Source: Eledone cirrhosa (lineage: Eukaryota). From it: DNA of 64,000 bases. The stretch is taken from contig OZ024745.1 in NCBI GenBank assembly GCA_964016885.1, positions 79,484,001 through 79,548,000 on the forward strand, in the 5' to 3' direction. Shown here one piece after another: positions 46,901 through 56,000 of the stretch. The notes beneath the pieces were generated by a model. It was not told the DNA's origin. It ran no database searches and worked only from the letters and a program-made list of their open reading frames with translations. Every line of letters starts with the position of its first letter. Position 1 is the stretch's first letter. The position numbers and the translations under genes were made by a program.

Positions 46901-49631
46901 TTCACAAAAACAGTTTTTCTCTTGATCAAATATGGAACACACACAAGCAATTCAAAATGTCCCTGTCCTGGCGGGAAAATTGCAAAACGGAGGAGAAAAG
47001 CAACGCCATATTGGAAAAATTTTTGGCTGGTTTTTTGTATACTTTGTCAATACCGTATAAATACATTATTATTTCTCTGTCTTTTTTTTTTGTGTATTTT
47101 TGTAAGTTGCGAAAAGGTTGGCAATGTGGTAATAACTGAAATATTTAAGTTCAAATGAATAAAAGGCTGCGTAAACTTTTTTAGTCGGGGTTACCAGTAT
47201 GGTAATGATGAATCCTTGTTGGATAGTTTATCAATATAGACGTGAGGGAAAGTCCCTCGTCTATTTACCATTTTCGTAAGTGAGAGGATAGGTACTCTAT
47301 AGAATTATAACAAGTGAGTGGGTGTGTGTGTAGACAAGATAATAACCACAACGAGAGGTCTATTCAACAATGTAAATAAGGATGATGTTTATTTTGTCTA
47401 TTATGTGTTTGTTATATTACAAATGAAACAACATACCAATATAGACATGATCAGTTGAAATGAAGGCAACGTATTACAATTGTCGTGGGTCACCAATGTG
47501 ACGCCCACGTCTGGGTCACCAATGTGACGGGACTAGTAAAGTGAAATCAGTTATGAGCCAGTGCTCGACCAACACTATCCTTGTGGCTTCGGCATAGGAG
47601 TTCAGTGTATTGACATCTGTGTGATCTCGTGGTCCAAAGGCTGTTTGCTGTCTCCGTGGCTTGTCTGAGAAAGTAATACTGCTGCTTACTTAAATAGTGT
47701 TCTCAACCAGGGGGAGACAACTAGGCCTGGTCCATTATCCGACAGGGGGCGTAAGGCGTCTTACTACAGAACCAATGCTAAGCAGGTTTGACTCAACTGA
47801 AGGAGCCTCCCAACCCTTTGTTTCACAAACTTTCTAAATTTGGATGCCCTTCTTATCAACCATTTTACAGAGTGTACTAGATGCATTTATCATGTAGATG
47901 AGCAATACTAGAGAGGTTGTCACGCCATTGATAGAACTGAAGGTTTCTCTCAACCCTTTTGGTTTGGTTTCTACACGTATATAGAAATCCAATTCACCTC
48001 CAACACTTACTGAGGACAGAAAGAATAATGCTTGGAAGTTTTACTATGAGAGGTTGCCAAATGAGGAGAATGGAGGAGTGAGTCTACACCAAGTAGATCC
48101 AACTGAGGACCTGCCCTCAAAGTTGACAGCAGTAGAGGATATGCTGGTAGGGAAAACATCTGGTCCATCAGAGATCGTCACTAATGGGGATCCAGCAGAG
48201 TAGAGCACAGGTTTATTACTTGCAGTTTTTAATGAGGTAATACATTTATTATAGTTCTCCAGTTCATAAAAGAATGTAAGAGAAGTTGTCTGTAGGAGCT
48301 CTTGTAAACTGATGATCTCATCCTTCGAATAAAATTCTAAACTATGATGGCATGTTTGTTTATTTCACTTGCAAACCCTACTTTCTGCTTCTGTGAATTT
48401 CTGAAGTTCTACGAAACTTTGCTTTGTTCCTCTCTCTCTCATATATATTTATTTATATATGTCCTCTTTTTGTTTTTCCAGTACCGACAACACTGAAAGA
48501 TTCTATGAATAACTCACCCAGTGTCTCAAAGATACATCCTGTTTCTCACCAAAAGACTTTGAAGAAGAAGGTAAATCTAATCCATTAATATGGTAGTGCT
48601 GCTAACTAACAGTAATATATGAATATGCATGAATGCCAAAACATGGATGAGCTGTGCGAAAAGCTGGATATTAAAAGAATCAGATGTAGTGTGCAGGAGA
48701 GAATACTATGCTGCATATGGAAGAGGATTGTTGGGTGAAGAGGTGCCAAGAAATCCCAGTGGAAGGGGGGGGGGGGGGGGGGGGCTAAGGAAGACCTGGA
48801 CAGAGTTTGTGAAAGATGACTTCAAATCACTGAATCTTACAGAAAAGATAGTGAATGATTGTGATGAGTGGAGGGAGGCTGTGCTGGAAAGGACCCATCC
48901 AGCCCATGCAAGCATGGAACAACAGACATAGAAATTGTGATGATGAGGGTGAAAATACAATCTTATGTGTATCTAGTTTAAAATAGGTTCACTACATCAC
49001 TATGTTGTAAGAAACAATGAAAAGAGTTGATGCTAGGAAGGGCATCTTATATTACATTGCATCGAAAAGAATACTATGTCCACATGGCTAACCCCTGCCT
49101 TAGTGATGAAAATGACCATAAAACCCTTGTGTTGTATATATGATCTTGTTACATACAGATATATGATGTTACATATGAATGTGTATATATGATATTGTTA
49201 CATAGAAATATATGAATGTGTATATAGTCTTGTTACATATAGATATATGATCATGTATATATGATCTTGTTACATAGAACTATGAATATCGATATATAAT
49301 TTTGTAACATATAGATATCTGAACATGTATGTATATATGTATACATATAAAATTTTGTTTCATAGAAATTTATGGATATGTATATATAATTCTGTTACAT
49401 GTAGATATATGAACATGTATATATGATGTGTTTATATATATATATATATATATAATCATGTGACAGAAATTTATGGATGCCTATATAATTTTATTTAGAA
49501 ATGTGTGAATTTTTTGTAATATTTAGAAAATTACTCAAAATCTATTGTTTTCATTTCAGAGAAAATATCAAGCTGACCCATTAAAGAACTTTAAATTTAG
49601 TTCTGGCAGAGGCAAAAAATCTAAAACATAA
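18560..49631 (+). CDS. DDX56: ATP-dependent DEAD-box RNA helicase DDX56/DBP9 (16 exons in window; first coding exon not located)
   Basis: GT-AG exons in consistent phase: 18560-18721, 19658-19738, 22334-22407, 24934-25104, 30177-30267, 31031-31089, 32073-32177, 32881-32952, 33642-33746, 35315-35425, 36071-36171, 39581-39654, 40321-40410, 41149-41251, 48482-48570, 49560-49631 (1560 nt including TAA). Motifs [37 protein letters not shown], and the DDX56-typical [21 protein letters not shown] and DPLKNF. Confidence 0.93.
19658..19738 (+). CDS. DDX56: DDX56 exon (motif Ia)
   Basis: [27 protein letters not shown]; ttag/gtgagt. Confidence 0.9.
20105..21870 (-). mobile_element. Decayed piggyBac (PGBD4-like) transposon
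   Basis: TTAA then CCCTTTTGCATTTA TIR at 20101. Minus-strand remnants [34 protein letters not shown] and [29 protein letters not shown]. The right end is degenerate and approximate. Confidence 0.85.
21872..22305 (+). repeat. Tandem array (about 6 units) of the RTE/SINE tail unit plus tail
   Basis: Same unit as 18140-18510; further arrays at about 36880-37215 and 40046-40291. Confidence 0.8.
22334..22407 (+). CDS. DDX56: DDX56 exon
   Basis: [25 protein letters not shown]; ccag/gtaagt. Confidence 0.9.
22494..22699. mobile_element. piggyBac-type MITE
   Basis: TTAA target duplication (22490-93, 22700-03); CCCTTTT/AAAAGGG termini. Confidence 0.7.
22780..23760 (-). mobile_element. Penelope-like element reverse transcriptase fossil, interrupted by a hAT MITE
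   Basis: With 23185-23686 removed, the minus strand reads [34 protein letters not shown]. After frameshifts it continues [22 protein letters not shown] and AGYKEKISY, colinear with PLE RT and thumb motifs. Confidence 0.8.
23185..23678. mobile_element. Non-autonomous hAT (Charlie-like) element
   Basis: 8-bp TSD AACTAGAT (23177-84, 23679-86); imperfect TIRs CAGGATTTCCCAACC / GGTTGGGAACTCTTG; repeated subterminal GGGCGAT. Confidence 0.9.
24250..24690 (+). mobile_element. Old, degraded RTE endonuclease fragment
   Basis: Colinear similarity to the APE region of copies 3 and 5 ([18 protein letters not shown]; [13 protein letters not shown]). Confidence 0.65.
24934..25104 (+). CDS. DDX56: DDX56 exon (motifs Ib and II, DEAD)
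   Basis: [32 protein letters not shown]. Confidence 0.95.
25685..25804. repeat. 49-bp minisatellite (about 2.5 copies) inside 40-bp direct repeats (25368-25407, 25828-25867)
   Basis: AAAACAATCTTCTTGTATTTTAAACTCCCATAATTCTATCAGACACTCG repeated. Confidence 0.8.
26169..29573 (+). mobile_element. RTE LINE copy 5, near full length, multiply disrupted (older)
   Basis: ORF pieces 26169-26789 (APE), 27175-27498, 27599-27811, 28063-28812 (YAND in place of YADD) and 28796-29215; 3' UTR with (GAT)n tail. Lies in a DDX56 intron. Confidence 0.95.
29709..29970 (+). mobile_element. Non-autonomous Helitron
   Basis: 5' TC(TA)n start, 3' hairpin GCCCATC-AAC-GATGGGC 7 nt before CTAG, inserted between A and T of an (ATG)n tail with no TSD. 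Confidence 0.85.
30177..30267 (+). CDS. DDX56: DDX56 exon (motif III, SAT)
   Basis: [30 protein letters not shown]. Confidence 0.92.
30320..30522. mobile_element. piggyBac-derived MITE
   Basis: TTAA TSD (30316-19, 30523-26); TIRs CCCTTTAGCATTTA / TAAATGCAAAAGGG. Confidence 0.88.
31031..31089 (+). CDS. DDX56: DDX56 exon
   Basis: [19 protein letters not shown]. Confidence 0.9.
32073..32177 (+). CDS. DDX56: DDX56 exon (motif IV)
   Basis: [35 protein letters not shown]. Confidence 0.93.
32369..32462. repeat. Perfect 45-bp inverted repeat with a 4-nt loop
   Basis: 32369-32413 is the exact reverse complement of 32418-32462. Confidence 0.95.
32881..32952 (+). CDS. DDX56: DDX56 exon
   Basis: [24 protein letters not shown]. 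Confidence 0.93.
33642..33746 (+). CDS. DDX56: DDX56 exon
   Basis: [35 protein letters not shown]. Confidence 0.9.
33987..34187 (+). mobile_element. tRNA-derived SINE, second family
   Basis: TGGCAGTATCGG..GAGTTCAAATCC..AACTTTGCCTTTCATCC..GGGGTCGATAAAATAAAGTACCAGT and (ATT)n tail. Further copies near 34705, 39298, 49700, 52555, 57130, 57880 (minus) and 58392. Confidence 0.85.
34308..34682 (-). mobile_element. RTE 3' UTR-only fragment
   Basis: Reverse complement of the copy 5 3' UTR with (ATC)n. Confidence 0.9.
35315..35425 (+). CDS. DDX56: DDX56 exon (motifs V and VI)
   Basis: [37 protein letters not shown]. Confidence 0.95.
36071..36171 (+). CDS. DDX56: DDX56 exon
   Basis: [33 protein letters not shown]. 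Confidence 0.93.
37275..38492. mobile_element. piggyBac-derived MITE (30320 family) split by a CR1 insertion in its right TIR
   Basis: TTAA-CCCTTTAGCATTTA at 37271; the body matches the 30320 copy up to TAAATGCTAA (37456); the remainder TAAAGGG-TTAA is at 38486-96. Confidence 0.85.
37457..38485 (-). mobile_element. 5'-truncated CR1-clade LINE
   Basis: ORF 37742-38467 [50 protein letters not shown]; duplicated 3' UTR and (ATT)n tail. Confidence 0.92.
38645..39205. repeat. Degenerate foldback/MITE-like element
   Basis: Inverted blocks ATAATTATTTTTCC / GGAAAAATAATTAT and GACTTATTTCCTGAAAAACGGAG / CTCTGTTTTCCAGGAAAATAAGTC. Confidence 0.55.
39298..39484 (+). mobile_element. tRNA-derived SINE (33987 family)
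   Basis: Colinear with 33987-34187. Confidence 0.85.
39581..39654 (+). CDS. DDX56: DDX56 exon
   Basis: [24 protein letters not shown]. Confidence 0.92.
40321..40410 (+). CDS. DDX56: DDX56 exon
   Basis: [30 protein letters not shown]. Confidence 0.93.
41149..41251 (+). CDS. DDX56: DDX56 exon
   Basis: [34 protein letters not shown]. Confidence 0.92.
41785..42379 (-). repeat. 3' LTR
   Basis: About 12 substitutions plus 3 indels against 47198-47768 (hand count); purine tract GGCAGGGGA adjacent on the minus strand. Confidence 0.95.
42591..46540 (-). pseudogene. gag-pol of the Gypsy element, broken into six reading-frame pieces
   Basis: ORF track 45999-46724, 45761-46075, 45537-45797, 44399-45613, 43069-44490 and 42591-43040. 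Confidence 0.9.
47198..47768 (-). repeat. 5' LTR
   Basis: Followed on the minus strand by the PBS. Confidence 0.95.
48482..48570 (+). CDS. DDX56: DDX56 penultimate exon
   Basis: (V)[29 protein letters not shown]; phase matches the previous exon to give VPDYLVP. Confidence 0.85.
48610..48946 (+). mobile_element. Old RTE 3' fragment
   Basis: [35 protein letters not shown] followed by the CCCATGCAAGCATGGAA tail. Confidence 0.75.
49130..49490. repeat. Degenerate minisatellite (about 38-bp units)
   Basis: Recurring TATATGATCTTGTTACATATAGATATATGAA-like unit. Confidence 0.75.
49560..49631 (+). CDS. DDX56: DDX56 last coding exon
   Basis: [23 protein letters not shown] after ttcag. Confidence 0.88.
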   Translation, partial: RKYQADPLKNFKFSSGRGKKSKT

Positions 49632-49661
49632 ATTCTTATTGATATTGATTAAAATGACCAC

Positions 49662-49667
49662 AATAAA
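49662..49667 (+). terminator. Candidate polyadenylation signal for DDX56
   Basis: AATAAA 31 nt after the stop codon, followed by T/GT-rich sequence. Confidence 0.55.
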
Positions 49668-50682
49668 GTATCTATTCTTCATCTTATGTTTTTGTATTAT
49701 TTCTGAGTTCAAATCTTGCCGAGCCTAGCTTTGTTTTTTTTCCTTACGGGGCTGATAAAATAAAGTACCAGTAATGCACGGGTCAATTTAAACAGTGCCT
49801 AACTCAGAAACCATCATTTCTGTTGTTTTAATTCTTCACTACTTTCTGAATTTTATTTTACTCAAACTAATTATTCAAGTTGGGGGCTTGTTGTTTGACA
49901 CCAAGTTAGTCCAGATTTATCAGACTTATGATCAAAAGTATTCTAACCATGATTTATCTAAATATAGTTTATCAAGAATTACATTATCAAATGAGACTTT
50001 CATTATTTTCATTTCAAAGACAGTTGATAAGTCAGATGATATATTTTGTCTGCATTACCAGAGAACAGTGTGAGATAAGGAAGTTGGTAGCTGAAGACTT
50101 TCTCTTATATCTTGTTAATTATCGTATCTACTTCAATATATGCTGGCCCACCTATTTTATGTCTGAGAAATAGGCAAAACTCCAAATCCCATTTATAAAG
50201 GGAGATGGATAATCAACACATTATGTTTAGATGGTGCAGTTTTGAAATTCTCATGTGTGGAGATTATATTTATGAAATTTTAATAATTTTATATTTAAAA
50301 TGGTTTAAGTGTCATTTAGAATATAGTTTTTAACTTCATTACGTAACAATTTTTTTTTTTTTTTTTTACCTATTTCTGATTGTTTTGAAGGTCACATTCA
50401 TATCCCAAACGAAAATATTTCAGCACATGCTGTTATCAATTATTAGATGTTTGATAAAAGATCTTCCACACTTTTTATACATCTCTCAGGTCCTACCCAT
50501 GTACACAAGCATGAAAAGCTGGACACACTCCACATCTGCTTTCTTACAGTGCTGCTGCCACGACAAAAAGCAATTTTTTTAGATTCTGTGTTGACCTCAT
50601 TAAAGATATAAATTTTAACTCAAGATCTTATTATTCATTAAAAAAACATCAAATGACAAAATAGAAACTATTTACGTATACA

Positions 50683-50847
50683 TTGCAAAGTGGTTGTGGA
50701 GGTGCCACGGCAAAATAGCACCCAGCACTCACTGTAAATGAGGTTGGTGTTAGGAAGGGCATCCAGCTGTAGAAATCAAGCCAGAATCAGTTCCAGTCCC
50801 ACCCTTGCAATCAGGGAAAAAGCGGACGTAAAATGAAATGAAATGAT
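50683..50847 (+). mobile_element. 3' half of the 14485 SINE family
   Basis: Near-identical to 14660-14830. Confidence 0.9.
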
Positions 50848-52002
50848 TGCTGCAATATAAAATTTCACATTCTCAGGAGAAAAGACTGTCTTTAGTTAGT
50901 ATTTTACCAAGTATTGAAAAACTACGCTCACCATTGGGCAAAACCAACTGGCAGGAGACCCAGGAGCAGACTCCAAGCAAAATGGTCAGATAACATCCAT
51001 GAGCTTGGCTGGTCTCGCTTGGGGATCCAGTCGGATCAGTTGTAATTCCCTGAACTTTCTCCAACCTGTTCTCACTCTGGCTACTGTGCTTTTGGAGCAC
51101 CCACTTCCACCCAAGTAGCAGAAACTATTTTTTTACTTCTACAGAGCTCTCTGGGCATTTGAAGAAATTTGTATCCTGTAAGCTCTTACTACTTACTGCA
51201 CTTGTCGAGGAGGAAAATCTTGTACTTTCAATTGCTTAACGCCAAGGAAACAGACCTGGGACAAACTTTAGACATGATCTAAAAACTGTGATAACATTTT
51301 TAATGTAGAGGCCATGAAAAAGATAAAGGAGAAATAATTACGTGCAGTGGAACAAAATGAACAATATTCATTAATAACTAATGTTATTTGAAATACGGGA
51401 GACAACTGCGAACATGTTTTGGTCTTATGACACCATCTACGAAGGAGAGACTTCAATGAATTTGACGAAGTAGCAGTGGAAGAATTGCTCAGTGAATGTG
51501 CAAGATTGTTTGTTCACTGGTTTGCGTACATAGCTGAAGATGCTATAGGTGTAAGTTTTTACTAAACCCAGTGTTTGAACTTGCAGCGTTTAATATCCAC
51601 AGAGAACGCGTGAACAATATGACCTCCTCAAGATATTTTTTTTCTCAAAACAGATAAACCTGCGAAAGAGCAGGCATGTTTCCGTTTACGATTGAAACCA
51701 TTTAACTTTCCTTACCCTGCTAATGGTGGCATTTGTGCTGTACATAAATCAGCTGGAGGAACACGGTAGCAATGTAAAAAAAAAAAAAAGTACTCTGCTA
51801 ATGGCGTTTAAAAAAAAGCATTTCTAAGAAAACATGCTCAGTATTTATTTTGTTTTGTTCATCTATAAAAATCCGTGCCTAGCGAAATAATATCAAACAT
51901 TTTATTAGAAAGACGATTTTAATTTTCGGCAGGCCAAATAGAAAGGAAAGAATTACAAGAGCAGAAAATAGTTTTTGCTGAAATTTTTATTACTAAAATT
52001 TG

Positions 52003-52064
52003 ATTGGTTGACTTGAACAGCGGATATTCTAGATTATTATTTTTTTTTACAAACAACCGGAAGT
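52003..52064 (+). promoter_or_regulatory. Candidate RMND5 promoter motifs
   Basis: Inverted CCAAT (ATTGG 52003-07) and ETS-type ACCGGAAGT (52056-64), about 270-330 bp upstream of the ATG. Confidence 0.4.
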
Positions 52065-52335
52065 TATCATCATATATTATTTTATCAGAAATCTAACTGA
52101 TCAACAAGCAGACATCTTCAAATTAAATATTATAATAATTTCGTTCAGTTTATTTATATAAAACGAAATAGTAAATAAAATAATAATAATTCTTTATTAT
52201 TATTTTCTTTTTCTCTAAATAATTATTTTACTCCATCTCTCAACTCCTGCCAAACACCAGTTATATATTTCGCCTTCTTTGTCCATCTGTAAATTTAAAT
52301 GACTGTTCTTTCATACTTATCCTGTTCAACTAAAC

Positions 52336-52471
52336 ATGGATATTTGTCTTACTGTGGAGAAGGAATTAGAAAAAGTTTTATCAAAATTCACTGCTCTTCG
52401 GGAACATACACAGCGAGCTTTGGGTGACATAGCAACTTCTGTTGATAATATAAAGAAAGAAATCAGTGAAG
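52336..52471 (+). CDS. RMND5A: RMND5 exon 1
   Basis: [45 protein letters not shown]. Confidence 0.93.
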
Positions 52472-52941
52472 GTATTTATTACATTTTGATAGCATTTTTA
52501 TTACAACCACTAATACTTATTGTTGTTATTGTCGGACAACAATGTTTGTGACATATTTACGTTCTGAGTTCAGATGTCGCCGAGATTAGCTCAGCCTTTC
52601 AAGTACCAGTAACGCACTCGGGTCGATTTAATCGACTTTCCCCTCCCCCAAAATTGTTGGCCTTGTGTCTAAATCAGAAACCATTATTAGTTGTCTTATT
52701 CAAATCCCGTCGAGGTTAACTTTGCCTTTCATCCTAACGGGGGTCGATAAAATAAAGTACCAGTAATACACTGATAATTGCTGGCCTTGTGTAGAAACAA
52801 TTATTAGTTGTCTTATTTTTATTACGTGTTTACCGAGCACAACTCTGTTTTGGGTATGTGAAGTGTTGTTATTTCTATTGTATTGAGACGACTCTTCGTA
52901 ATGTGTGCAGTGCCTATTTTCTGTATGTTGTATTTATGTGT

Positions 52942-53024
<83 letters not shown>

Positions 53025-56000
53025 TGTGTGTACACATAAATACAACATACAGAAAATAAGCACTGCACACATATTACGAAGAGTCGTCTCAATACATATA
53101 TATGTGTGTGTAAATTGTGGCGTACTCTATGTAATATGCGTACAGTACCTGGTAATACTATTTTCTGTATGTTGTATATATGTAAATCCCGGGGTGCTCT
53201 TCGTAGTATATATATATAAAGTGTGTAACTAGCAGTGCTGTTTTCTGTATGTAGTATAAATTTGATTTATGTATCTGTTTGTATCCTTTTTACATCATTC
53301 TCAGAGCAGCTATTTATAGGGATGTTTCTGTTTTCATAATCCACATTTGGGTTATTTCTATCTCCAGATCTTTATATTTAGATTATAATTATTTTGAAAA
53401 CATAGAAGTAAAATTTTATCTTGAATCATATTTCTGAATTATAAATACATATTTCATCATACTACATAATAAAATATGTTGTCTTCTATCTCGAAAGAAT
53501 ATCAGTGTTAGGTAAATAACATAAGCAGGACTCGGGGTATGTTGCTTCTGAGACGCCTACATTTTTTAGTCCCTGACTGTTAATTCGGTGCATTTTATCG
53601 TTATATGTAAGTCTTATATCTATCTCTATACCCTTGCTACGCTCAGTTATTGTGTAAAAAAACAACTAAAAACAGCCTAAGAGGTCAGAACTTGTTAATA
53701 TTTACACGAAAGAAAATATTTAATTCATCTTCCAGTAATGCAAAGAACGGTAACTCTTTGTATGCGAATTTGTCAAACTCGGAAAATTAATTTCTTTTTA
53801 ACAATTAACTATTATTATTTCCAGATTTTAGACGATTACTTTTATTTGTTTTAATTAATAAAAGTGGAAAATGTATAAATAAAGCTTTCTTTTAATGATC
53901 TTGTGTCTAATTAGGAAACCAATTTACTTTAGTATTTAGTTGAGTCGCTGACTAAAAGAAAAAAAAAAATCGTATTCAACATCACCTCTTTTTCATTCCC
54001 CCGTAGTTGATAAATATCTGCATTATATTAATATCGACTTTAGATAGTTCTCATCCGCCTTATCACCTCAAAAATAATTGTTGTTGCTATTCACTATTTT
54101 GCCTTACAAAGTGGTCATGGGACAAAATAAATATTTATCTTAATTATTATTTAGCTGTTCTTATTCAAAGCATTAAATAATTAAGATAAATGGTTGGTGG
54201 TATTAGAGTTCTTTTCGTGTGAATTTGAGATAAAACATAGATATACATATATGCTTACACATGGGTCAAAGAAGAAGCCTCTATTTTCTAGAAATAGCTG
54301 TCAAATTCACTCGAATCAAGCCCTATCGCCTGAAAATTAGAAGGACACGAGACAATATAGTCCTAGATATACAAAAAGAAAGGATTGTCACAACTGGTGC
54401 AGCTTTAATCGCAGATTAGACTTGGGGACTAAAAAATGACGTTTGAATTCGTCCAATATTTTGTAGTAAGTAGTTTAATTATTCCTAAACAATCTGTATA
54501 GGTGGTTAGTTGTTAAATACTATAATAGAGAAGGGGAGCGAAGTGGTGTTCATTCATTTGTTGCGTGTGTGTTCACTTGTCGATTGCTGAGTGATGTGAT
54601 CGCACTCGACAGTGTGACCAGAGATTGCGTGTGTGCAAATAAATGAGTAAGTGTTCATTAAGATGATGATGATATGATGGTTCCTTGATCACGCCGGAAA
54701 TGAAATATATATATATATATATATTAAAAAAAACCACGATAGCACAAAACCGCTATGTTAATAATTTATTGAATATAGCTTATGCCGAAGGTATATGAAA
54801 ATATACTAAGAGCAAATAATTACAGATGAATTGTGTGATTGTGTGATGTTATTTGTTAAGACGTGTATGCGTTTTCGTTTGTTTGTAAAAGTATTATTAA
54901 AGTTGTATTTACCAAAACTTTGTTGATATGTTGAACTTCACTGGCTTAGTCGAGAGAGAAAGAGAGTAAAACCCAAAGGGTCTGTTCACTCTTAGAATTA
55001 AATGATCCAACTGACCTGGCTACCTGAGAACTGGCTATTTTATGAATGTTGCTTCCCTTGTCTCCCAGACTTGAGAAGAAACAGATGGCTCTCAGGCATA
55101 TTGTCAACTCAAAAAGCCATTCAGGTTGTGAACTTATCTATGCGACCACAGAGATCAGCTTCCATGGTGGGCGATTTGACAGTGTAAAAACAACTCTGCT
55201 GAAAAGAGCAATAAATTACTGCTACACTCATGAGGAACGTCCCCTGATACCCTGGTATGGCCCGGTTGAGAGCGAGGCTGAAGTACTGGAACGGCCAAGC
55301 ACCATCACGGGCATCACTGGATACCTCGATAAGACAAGCTGCCAACGATGTCAAATATCTCGTTGTCAAACGTCTCGAATGCCACAGACTTGGAAAATAG
55401 TTTGTTGATAATTCCTGGTATTTTAAAAGTTCTGTTTTTGATCTGGACCAACTAGGGACAAAATAATAACTAAAATTCAGACTGTACATTTAATCCAAAC
55501 ATTATTTTATTTAAGAATTGGATGGCAAATGTTAAAAATATGATGGTTACAATCATGTTGGGATGTCATCTTGCAGTTCTTTATACCTATAAAATCCCTT
55601 CATTAAAAGATTAACGAAGAAACTTGTTTTGGAACTGTATATTCATTTTCACTCAGCTCCAAACTAGTTTCTTCTATTAATCCTTTGATGAAGGGATTTA
55701 ATCCTGAAATATAAGGACCTATAAAGAACTGTAAGGTAACATCCCCATTATTATCATATTTTTAACATTTACCATCCAATTCACACTGTGGTAGCCTTCA
55801 AACAAAACAATATTTTCTACACTATTTTAATAAACCTGGCCTAACACATAAACACACAAGTGCTTAGTGATTTTATGTAGTCTTCGAGTGTCCAAAGCTA
55901 TAAAAAGGATATTTTCTGAGCTTTCATTGTCAACCTGTTTGTCGCTGTTAAATCTCTGTTAAATCCAAGTATATATTATAAACATTTAATGTTATTTGAC

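Larger units (their letters stand above)
41785..47768 (-). mobile_element. Complete Ty3/Gypsy LTR retrotransposon, CsRn1 clade, frameshifted; antisense in a DDX56 intron
   Basis: LTRs 41785-42379 and 47198-47768; 4-bp TSD GAAC; PBS TGGTAACCCCGAC (tRNA-Trp-like) at 47184-47196; Gag CHCC knuckle CYYH-x9-C-x3-C; PR FLVDTGA, RT YIDD, RNase H, IN with HHCC, DDE and GPY in PR-RT-RH-IN order. Confidence 0.96.

Noticed and set aside
18722-49559. Intronic snoRNAs in DDX56, plausible for a ribosome-biogenesis host gene
   Set aside because: RTGATGA matches seen were mostly (GAT)n tails. No C/D pair with a terminal stem was recognised by eye; snoscan or Infernal would be needed.
51250-51560. Protein-like stretch (FDEVAVEELLSECARLFVHWFAY) between the two genes
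   Set aside because: Interrupted by stops and not assignable to a family; possibly a transposon fossil.
55002-55489. Overlapping ORFs of about 120 aa in RMND5 intron 1
   Set aside because: No recognisable motif or splice support.
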